A stretch of DNA of 63,733 bases, filler included, from Octopus bimaculoides (lineage: Eukaryota), in the NCBI RefSeq assembly GCF_001194135.2. It is 7 parts of 7 records of this genome, joined end to end, with 100 filler letters (N's around TTAATTAATTAA, not from the genome) between each part and the next. Parts side by side here need not be neighbours in the genome. Positions count along the whole stretch, not along the records: positions 35,959 to 39,669 come from NC_068983.1; positions 39,770 to 57,180 come from NC_068996.1; 5 more parts are not named here. One strand, 5' to 3'. Below the pieces are notes generated by a model, which was not told the origin of the DNA, ran no database searches, and saw only the letters and a list, made by a program, of their open reading frames with translations. Of this stretch, positions 39,328 to 48,737 are shown one piece after another (the first letter of the stretch is position 1; every line of letters begins with the position of its first letter). Both the position numbers and the translations under genes were made by a program.

Positions 39328-39669
39328 TCCAAGGGCCTTAGAGTCAACCTAGCTAAAACCAAAGTCCTCATAAGTAGGAAGGCAGACAAAACACAAACCC
39401 CTTCGGGTAGATCGCCCTGCTCAATCTGTAGAAAAGGAGTGGGAAGTAACTCTATAAGATGCACCCAGTGCAAGCTATGGACACATAAGAGGTGCAGCAA
39501 TATCAAAGGAAGGTTAACTAGGAAGTTAGTTTTTGTTTGCAGCAGATGTTCTGGAGCTATAAATACTGGGAATGTGCAGAAAACAACTTCTGCCACATTC
39601 CAGGGAGAAAAACTAGAAGTGGTTGATAGCTTCCGCTATCTTGGTGAACAAATTAGCAGTGGAGGTGGG
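39328..39669 (+). pseudogene. RTE-clade LINE RT fragment with a C4HC3 (PHD-like) finger between late RT motifs; open frame up to the gap
   Basis: KGLRVNLAKTKVL..CSIC..CTQC..HKRC..CSRC..LEVVDSFRYLG. Confidence 0.88.
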
Positions 39670-39993
39670 NNNNNNNNNNNNNNNNNNNNNNNNNNNNNNN
39701 NNNNNNNNNNNNNTTAATTAATTAANNNNNNNNNNNNNNNNNNNNNNNNNNNNNNNNNNNNNNNNNNNNCACACACACACACACATGCACACACATACAC
39801 ACACACACATACACACACACACACATACACACACACACATACACACACACACTTATGTATGTATATTTGCAGATTTATGTTTTGCTTTATGTATGTATTC
39901 TCATGCACATAGTTGAATATCTAGACATGCTCATGTATGTATGTATGTATGTATGTATGTATGTATGTATGTGTGTGTGTGTGTATGTGTATG

Positions 39994-40025
<32 letters not shown>

Positions 40026-41277
40026 CTATCGGTTCATTAGCGGTGTTTGTTTTGACTTTTTGATGTTTTACAGAATAAATCTATAGGTTTAAGTCAACGC
40101 TGTTTGTGAAAATTAATTAAACATGATAAAATACACACAAAAAACATATGTCGCTGTCTTTTTTTTTTTTTTAAATAATCTTACTAGAAACAGAAAAAGG
40201 CAGAATCATTCTGACTCGTTTCAATAATGAATAGTCGACAGTGACAACAGTATTTATAGGTATTGTTAAGATCTGTCTTTACTTGTTGTTGTTTATGTTG
40301 TTTTTGTAACTTGAATACATCGATTTGCATAGGTAATGCGTTGTCGGAAGTTTCCCGATAAATAAATTGGAAACAGGTGAACAGTGATTGATTATGCTAT
40401 TAGAAATACAGTGAAAAGCCGTAGAGTTGTAAATGATTGTTTGTTTGTTTTTTGTTTTTTTGTTTTTTTGGACAATCGCTTTTTGTTTTCGGGTACATTT
40501 CTTTTATAAAGGGTTTATAAAGCATTATGTTCGGAATGTAATTAGTATACGCGAGTATGCTGAAATATCCTTAATTGTTATTTAGTTTTCTCGCAAGATC
40601 AATTATCTTCTATATTTCAAGCAAAATGCCCTGAAGACCTACAATTGAGGTTTACAAACAATATATACTTAGCTTGCCATTTAGATTCTTAGCTTTTTTG
40701 TTAAATCAGCTTCTGCGTCATTCAAACGATTTCGAGAAAATAATGTTGATTTTTAAGTATAAGGAGCATTTTGCTTTTAAATGTACATCGGGCTTTCCTG
40801 AAGACTTGTTCGCCTTAAGTGAATTCCATCTAGTTTACCTGGTTGTGTTATCATAAATTGACTGAATATGTAATTCTTTATTATACGAAGAGACGTTTAT
40901 TCTACTTTCTTCTTTTAGTCTGTTGAATGAATATTTCATTTTATTATATATATTTTCTTCACATTCACTTATTGTCCAATCGGACGTCAGTTTTGAGAGC
41001 CTCGTGCATCTCAAGTGTGAAAGAGAACTTCACTGATGTCATCCCCTCCCACTTCTATATCTCGAGGTTGTCATTGATGAAGAACGAGACCTAAAAGGTG
41101 AATGTTGATATCGTGACGAAACCTGACCACTGAGGAGGGTTCTATGACTTAGCTACGGATGGTAATTTCATTCTAGAGGAAACTAAGGCCCGTGAAAATT
41201 GTGTTCACAAACCACAAATACTCGGCGCACCACCACTCGCGTGCATACACAATTACATATATATTAGTATATGTGTG

Positions 41278-41316
<39 letters not shown>

Positions 41317-41351
41317 TTAAAGAATGGAGTAAACGCATATTATAACTGCAT

Positions 41352-41446
41352 ACTTTTATTCCGACATATGTTTCGAAGAATTACAATTTATGCGATCCAT
41401 AGGAATCAGCGATGTCAAAAATGTAAACTTCTCCTCAAGGAAAAGT
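41352..41446 (-). ncRNA. Type I hammerhead ribozyme motif (U3 variant, long stem II loop)
   Basis: Reverse complement UUCC-UUGAGGA-GAAG[49 nt]CUUC-GAA-ACAUAUGU-C-GGAA: stems I and II pair, palindromic stem III, GUC triplet; one core deviation. Confidence 0.62.
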
Positions 41447-41944
41447 ATGAGAACCAGCTTAAACGTAAGACATTATAATCGAATATGAGAACTATAGTTA
41501 GAGAAGGTTATAACGTAATTCATTTGAAAAAAACGTTAGAGAATAGGACGCTACCAGATAAACAGGAGTTACACCACGNNNNNNNNNNNNNNNNNNNNNN
41601 NNNNNNNNNNNNNNNNNNNNNNNNNNNNNNNNNNNNNNNNNNNNNNNNNNNNNNNNNNNNNNNNNNNNNNNNNNNNNNNNNNNNNNNNNNNNNNNNNNNN
41701 NNNNNNNNNNNNNNNNNNNNNNNNNNNNNNNNNNNNNNNNNNNNNNNNNNNNNNNNNNNNNNNNNNNNNNNNNNNNNNNNNNNNNNTATATATATATATA
41801 TATATATATTATATGTGACAATTAGTTGGTTGTCATAATAAAACTCAGAGTTTCGGATGCCGGGGATGAAGTCTGCTCCGGCATCTCATCAGTTATTAAG
41901 ACAAACAAAAAAAACTATATATATGTATTGTTCTTGTTTGTTCC

Positions 41945-42237
41945 TTCAGGAGCCAGGTCTGACTCATAAGAGCCGGTTTCCCGGTTTCATTGGCATATAG
42001 GTTCTCCACCTGGATGGGACGCCGGTCCGTCGGAGATGGGCTGCTAGATGCAGGAAGAAAGAATGAGAGAAAGTTGTGGTGAAAGAGTCAGCAGAAGTTC
42101 GCCATTACCATTTGCCGGAGCCGCGTGAAGCTTAAGTGTTTCGCTCATAAACACACACATCACCTGGTCTTAGATTCGAACCCGCGATCCTTCGACCCTA
42201 GAGTTCGCTGCTCTAACCACTAGGCCATGTGTCCCAT
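41945..42237 (-). mobile_element. tRNA-headed SINE with family C middle and family D-type tail
   Basis: GAGAGAAAGTTGTGGTGAAAGAG shared with 47880-47905; tail TCATAAG..CCGGTTTCCCGGTTTCA related to 37480-37520. Confidence 0.85.
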
Positions 42238-42282
42238 CCCTCCACACACACACATTCACACACACACGTCTATAAATACATA

Positions 42283-42420
42283 TATTATTTACATTATTTA
42301 CTATTGACGGATATTTGTCCTCATCTTGTTCGTTGTTAACACAACGTTTCGGCTGATATAGCCTCCAGCCTTCAACCTGAGTTCTCATTCCTGAGGTATT
42401 TTTCGGTGTTTGTTATTATT
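42283..42420 (-). mobile_element. Family H body with a different ribozyme-disrupting deletion
   Basis: Reverse complement CAGGTT|GAAGGCTGG: 24 nt missing, including the stem I 5' strand and CUGAC. Confidence 0.88.
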
Positions 42421-42427
42421 ATTATTA

Positions 42428-42469
<42 letters not shown>

Positions 42470-42548
42470 TTATTATTATCATCATCATTATTATTATTAT
42501 CATCATCATCATCATCGTCGTCGTCGTCGTTGTTGTTGTTGCTGTTGT

Positions 42549-42620
<72 letters not shown>
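42412..42620. repeat. Inverted compound trinucleotide array (ATT)-(ATC)-(GTC)-(GTT) | (AAT)
   Basis: Direct observation; lies between two divergent family H bodies. Confidence 0.95.
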
Positions 42621-42647
42621 TACATCGAAAAATACCTTAGGAATGAG
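42621..42647 (+). mobile_element. Start of a family H body, truncated by an assembly gap
   Basis: TACATCGAAAAATACCTTAGGAATGAG, matching 25401-25426. Confidence 0.8.
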
Positions 42648-42806
42648 NNNNNNNNNNNNNNNNNNNNNNNNNNNNNNNNNNNNNNNNNNNNNNNNNNNNN
42701 NNNNNNNNNNNNNNNNNNNNNNNNNNNNNNNNNNNNNNNNNNNNNNNNNNNNNNNNNNNNNNNNNNNNNNNNNNNNNNNNNNNNNNNNNNNNNNNNNNNN
42801 NNNNNN

Positions 42807-42839
<33 letters not shown>

Positions 42840-43130
42840 AATAGTTAACATGAATGGCGTTTAAAATCTACGACAGCTGTTTGGGGAGAATTTTATTTAA
42901 TGTAGTCATAAAAGATTACACTATAATATACAATCCACCATTATCAAGTGTAATTTTAATTATGTAAGATTTTATACATTCTACCTGGACATAGTCAACA
43001 TATGTTGGGCTAATTTAGCTTTCAAGTTCTACATTTGAATTTACAGATTTAGAAGAAGTGGTCTAAAACAAGTATTTAACAAACAAGGATATGAGATCAT
43101 ACATACATACATACATACATGCAGGGTATT

Positions 43131-43668
43131 TCCTGAAGAAATTTATGCTTTCTATTCGGTAGTATTGAAAGGGTGTTGTCTTTTACGAGCTTCTTCGCAC
43201 TGATAGGACCATCAATGCGCATGTGTATTGTGACCAGCTGGACTAATCAAACGCAGCGATCCACCAGAAACGTTCAGCACTTGTTAATCGTAAGGGCACT
43301 GTCATTCATTACTACAATGCTAGACCTCGCACTGCTTTGCTGACGTGATAAAAGTTAATGGGGATTGACTGAGGAGTTTTGCCAGCTACCCCCACCCCCA
43401 TATTTGCCCCATCTTGCGCTTTCATATTTCCGCCTGTTTTGGTCTCTTCAAAATTCAATGACAGGTTGGACCTTCAGCTCTGAAGAGGATGTAAAAATTC
43501 ATCTGGAAAAGTTTTTCGCCAGTAAAGACTGGAAATTCATCTGAGTGGGGAATAATGGATCTGCTCACACAATGGCAGAATATACTGGGACGAAATTAAT
43601 TGTTTAAGACTTATTTTCGCTTTAAAAACAAAAATAATAAATGAACGAAATCTTTGGCCGACCTAATA
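43131..43668 (+). pseudogene. mariner (Mos1-like) transposase 3' half with right TIR and TA
   Basis: WKGVVFYELL..TINAHVYCDQLD..YYNARPRTA..PHPPY..LFWSLQN..HLEKFFASKD..GIMDLLTQWQNIL; end CTTTGGCCGACCTAA-TA. Confidence 0.9.
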
Positions 43669-44869
43669 TTTAAACTCACACATACACATACACACACACA
43701 TACACACACACACACATACACACACACACATACGCACACACACACATACACACACACACACACACATACGCACACACACACACACACACACACGCATGTC
43801 TTTGCGCTTGTGTGCGTCTATACTATAGTTTATATTTCCAGAACGTTTTATATTTTTTCACAGTTAAAAAGCAGCTTGTAATAAATTTACATTACACACC
43901 CTTCCACACCTCAAAGCTATTATCGTGATAACACTTACGTACAGCTGATTATGATCTAGGTCGTGGATTTGGTTTCAATACCACATAGTTTACTGTCGTA
44001 TCAAGATATTTGCATTCCTATCACGTTTCTGTTTCAGATACTTTATTATTTTTGTTATGTACTCCAATTTCCGATTTTCAAAAGTCATTCAGAGTGCGAT
44101 TTAATATATTGGGAGTTTTCCGGTTAGACTACTTTGGTTTATATTCCTGACGCTCGGACATTTTCCCATGACATAAGTAATTTGCTCCGATGTTTTGCTG
44201 AGCTCGACAACTTTCTTGGAAGTATATTGTTAATAAAAACGAATATTCAAAGAATTACATTCCGAGGAACTTCAATCCAATTTCCATAACTTTTCCTGTA
44301 GGCAGACTTATTGCCATGGATGTTCTTCAATGTGTCATTGTGAGTAGGTTCTACTTGAATAATACGACATTAAAAGGTTGTTGGAATCGATATTAACTTT
44401 CTGCCTTCTTATTTTTGTTCTATGAACAGCCGTTCAAAATCACTTTTGATGAGGAAATGTTGTTGAGGTAGTGCTTAAAAGATTTCAATTGAATGGTCAA
44501 AATGATGTATTACAACTGATTTCGAGTTCTAATATATATTATTAATAATATTATAAGTCACTGATTTATAAAATGCAAAGAGCTCCGATGCCATGTTGTT
44601 TTCGTTCGGATGAAATAAACTTTGGTTATGTGTTCTTTGTCATATGTTCCATCAATGTACATGTCAGGCCATTGATAGAGATGTTATTAGCTTGGTTTGT
44701 ACCCTCCTTTGTTACAAAACCAGACAGGGATATTTTTCTTGGCAAAGCTGTAGTCCTACGTCCTTTAAAAGCATCATATATTGGACATCTAATTTCAGGT
44801 TGTTGATGAAAAGGCTATGTTAGGATGATTTTCCCGTCTTCTGGTGATCCTTCAGATTTCCTCAATAAG

Positions 44870-46975
44870 AAGGAAAGAGGGTTCAGCGCTAGCATCATTG
44901 AGAGATTGTCTGGTTTATCCTACCAGCTACACTACTAGGTATTCTCGTTTTGTGGCCTATCGGGAGCGGGAGGCGGTGTAGCAGTTTTATTCAGAAAATC
45001 TTTGGGTCTCAAAGGGCAATCTTCTTAAACTTGGTCCCAGATGTGAATGGCGGTGAAGGTGGTGCCTTTAGATTGGTGGCTGTGTGTGGTCCGACAGAGG
45101 CTGAGAGGCGTCTAGAAACAGTTTCGGGAACGACTCGCACTTTACTACTAGTGGGGGACTGGAATAGTATTTTGGACGCGCGGAAGGACTGTGTGGGTCT
45201 TGTACATAGAAGAAGTGGGTTTAAAAGCCTCGGAAACCTGCTCAGAAACTTCCAACTATCAGATAGGTATCGACTGGATTTCCCCGATGTGCCAGTGTGG
45301 ACATGGATCAATGGGTCGTTCAGATCGAATCTAGATAGAATATTTGTTTGGTCAGCGGATAAGGATCGTATAGGGTGTCCACAATTCAAATTTGTCGGCT
45401 ACACAGACTACAAATTTGTGATCTGCACAGTCAATTTAGATAGGACTCGTAGACAGGGACACGGTTACTGGAAGTTGAATGCATACTTTCCGGTAAGCAA
45501 AGGCTACAGGGACCGGATTAATGAACTAGTTAAGCGGCAGTTGAGTGATGCAATCGTCAACAGCCGGTGGTGGATAACTCTGAACAGGGCGATTAGAACA
45601 GAATCGATAGAGTTTAGCAAAGCGTTAGCAATAGAAAGAAACAGATTAGAACTAGTTGGCGAACTAGAAGAGGCGATTAGTAAAGGCATTGCGACTGACG
45701 TGCTAGTAGCGAGAATGGCTCTTGACCATTTCTTTGAGGCGAAACACGAAGGTTGCATTGTCAGTGCTAAGACCCGTGTGCTAAAACATGAGAGAACTAA
45801 AGCCGTCTGATGGGCTCGAACCATGGAGATGCGACGTAGAAACAAAACCACGATCGCGTCTTTGATGGATCAGGACGGGCGCATACCACATGGTTCTGAG
45901 CAAATGTGTATGCCTTTACAGCAGCACTTCACGCAGCTGTTTGGAGGGGGCGTGGGTCGACGACGGTAGCGGACTTTGGTTCGTACTTTGATGGCCTGCC
46001 GCGGCTCTCGGCAGCTGACACGAGGTTCTGCGAAAAACCGATAACGGCCACTGAAATACGAGAGGCGATGAGCGATTGCACAAGTCGCAAATCGCCAGGT
46101 TTAGATGGTCTACTCTATGAATTTTATCTATTCATACCGGATATGTTTGGTGAATCCTTGGCAGACGTTTGCCGCAACTGGCAACAGAACGGGAGAACTC
46201 CTGGTGCTGTTAGTCGGGGTGTGGTGACACTGCTAAAGAATGATGCCGAGAGTGGGGACATACTAAGGAATTTTCGGTTCATAATTCTGCTAAACACAGA
46301 GTTTAAGACTATAGCCTTGGTGTTAGCTAAAAGGTTGGCGATGGTCGTTGGTAGTCAGGAGAAGCACAAACGTGCGGAATCCCGAACAGGTCTATCCATG
46401 ACGACCTCCATTTTATGCGATACATCATAGAGATGGATGGGACTAATTGTAGTTTCGGTGGGGCCCTGATCAATTCGGTGGGGCCCTGGCACTTAGAATT
46501 TTGTCAGGCTCTCACTGCCCTCTACCAGTCGGACAATAGAATCGGAAGATTAGTGGCAGGAAAGTGCGACGACGTCCTAGAGGAGCTCTGGGCGTTGACG
46601 AAGTCAAAGACGAACTGGCTAGTCTGTTCCGGAGGACTTTTAGGTCGGGGACAATTATGGGTAATTTCCAGATGTCTTTGGCTTGGCACTGCTACCGGGA
46701 TTGCGCTACCGGTTCGAGATAAACTTTATAGGCACGGATGTGCTGTCAGACGGACTTGTCAGAAGTGCTCGCAGAGTGACGAAACCGTGCTGCATTCATT
46801 CGTTCAGTGTCTGGGTATTGCTGACTTGTAGAGTTATGTCGAACAACTGCTGTCCCGTGTGGGACGGATCCGTCTGTCGCCCGAGTCGATAGCGAGGATT
46901 TAATCGGGTAGGCAAGGCAGTTTTCTTTTGACTGGAGGCTGTCTCGTGGTCGGGGCTGCGACAATTTACCCATCA
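44870..46975 (+). pseudogene. L1/Tx1-clade LINE ORF2, internally deleted (APE, N-terminal RT, CCHC tail)
   Basis: APE motifs LVGDWN, SNLDRIF, YTDYK, GYWKLN; RT start KSPGLDGLLYEFY..LLNTEFK; C-terminal ALPVRDKL..CQKCSQSDETVLHSFVQC; the RT core is absent. Confidence 0.92.
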
Positions 46976-47129
46976 CATCCTATATATATATATATATATA
47001 CATTCAGAGAGAGAGGGGGGGGGAGAAACATACCCAAACACATATATATATATATACAAATATATATACCCGAATAAACACACGTAAGTGTCAGCACGCA
47101 TAAACAACATACATAAAAAGAAAAACTTG

Positions 47130-47440
47130 CACTCCGCCGGTTACGACGATGAGTGTTCCAGTTGATCCAACCAACGGAGCAGCCTGCTCGTGAAATGAAT
47201 GCCCCAATTGTTGAGAACTCCAGACACGCGTGCCCTTAAACTAGTTCTCAGAAAGATTCAGCTTGTTATAGAATGTGACAGGGCTGGCCCTTTGAATTAC
47301 AGGTACAACTCATTTTTGCTGGCTGAGTGGACTTGGAGCAACGTGAAAAAAGACGTCACACTCAAGGACACAGCGCGCCGCCGGGAATCGAACTCATCAG
47401 CTTACGACCGTCAACCGAATACCCACTAACCACTAAGTAC
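47130..47440 (-). mobile_element. tRNA-headed SINE (family C tail)
   Basis: Same architecture as 17690-17991. Confidence 0.85.
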
Positions 47441-47665
47441 ACGTACCTTTGCTAAAAACAGCATAAACACATACATATATACATCTACTCAGATTCACAC
47501 AAATACACCCGTACAAATGCGTTAACATATAGATCTGTATATTTGTCTGTGCAAACATATCGAAGTACATTAAGAAGGGCTTATGAACCTTCTTTATTCA
47601 CGTTAAATGGCTCTAAGTCCTATAATTCAATAGATCAACGAGGTAGATCAACCTATAGAGAACAT

Positions 47666-48059
47666 CGTCGTTGACACTGACACTCCGTCACTTACGACGT
47701 CGAGGGCTCCAGTCGATCCGATCAACGGAACAGCCTGCTCGTGAAATTAACGTGCAAGTGGCTGAGCACTCCACAGACACGTGTACCCTTAACGTAGTTC
47801 TCAGGGTAGATTCAGCGTGACACAGTGTGACAAGACTGACCCTTTTGAATTACAGGCACAACAGAAACAGGAAGTAAGAGTGAGAGAAAGTTGTGGTGAA
47901 AGAGTACAGCAAGGTTCGCCACCATCCCCTGCCAGAGCCTCGTCGAGCTTTTAGGTGTTTTCGCACAATAAACACTCACAACACCCGGTCGGGGAATCGA
48001 AACTGCGATCCTATGACCGTGAGTCCGCTGCCCTAACCACTGGGCCATTGCGCCTCCAC
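47666..48059 (-). mobile_element. Full-length young family C SINE
   Basis: Reverse complement GTGGAGGCGCAATGGCCCAGTGG box A, GTTTCGATTCCC box B, CpG-rich, intact tail. Confidence 0.92.
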
Positions 48060-48316
48060 ATAGAGAACATAACCCGGAGTTAATAGGTAAAATATTCCGG
48101 GTGTAGTACGAATACAATCAGAAGGTGCAGAGGTCGGAAGAAGCCAACCATAATCCACTACTGAGTTCGATTTTTAGTTACTTTTGGCAATTAACAGAGT
48201 TGTTAGCTCACCTTGCCTAAAATTGAACTGAGAAAGCACAACCAGAGCCTTCACTGAAGATGGGAGAATGTGCCTACATGACGTTGTGTGTGCGAGTGTG
48301 CGAGTGTGTATGTGTT

Positions 48317-48339
<23 letters not shown>

Positions 48340-48351
<12 letters not shown>

Positions 48352-48737
48352 CAGTGAATGTGTAGCAATGAATGTATGCATTAGAGCGATGGAGTGGTTT
48401 ATAAAAAGAATGATTGAGGATGAAAGGCAAAGTCGACCTCGGCAGAATTTGAAATCAGAACGTAAACTTTCCTCTTTTAAAAATACATTCCAATTTTAAT
48501 ACAGTAGAGCTGGCAGAACCGTTAACATGCCGGACAACGTGCTTTGCCGTATTTCGTCTATCTTTACGTTTTGAATTCAAATTCCGATGAAGTTGACTTT
48601 GCTTTTCATCCTTTTGGGTCGATAAATTAAGTATCAGTGAAGTACTGGGTTCATGTGATCGACTTTCCCCTCCCCACAAATTACATGTTTGGTGCCTTCA
48701 ATAGAAAAGACTATTAAAAGGGGAAATAATTCTCAAT
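48340..48737. repeat. Chimeric paralog of 53000-53400 built from family A SINE pieces plus unique flanks
   Basis: Shared non-SINE flanks ATGTATGCATTAGAGCGATG.. and ATACATTCCAATTTTAATACAGTAGAGC; its 3' end is the reverse complement of 53058-53230. Confidence 0.8.

Noticed and set aside
22367-42647. CRISPR-like or phage/prokaryotic system
   Set aside because: No regularly spaced repeat-spacer array, operon structure or cas-like ORF; the recurring sequences are dispersed eukaryotic retroelements
43950-44830. piggyBac-like remnants (FKGR, YTS) on the - strand
   Set aside because: Spacing between the motifs looks about twice that expected; unsupported
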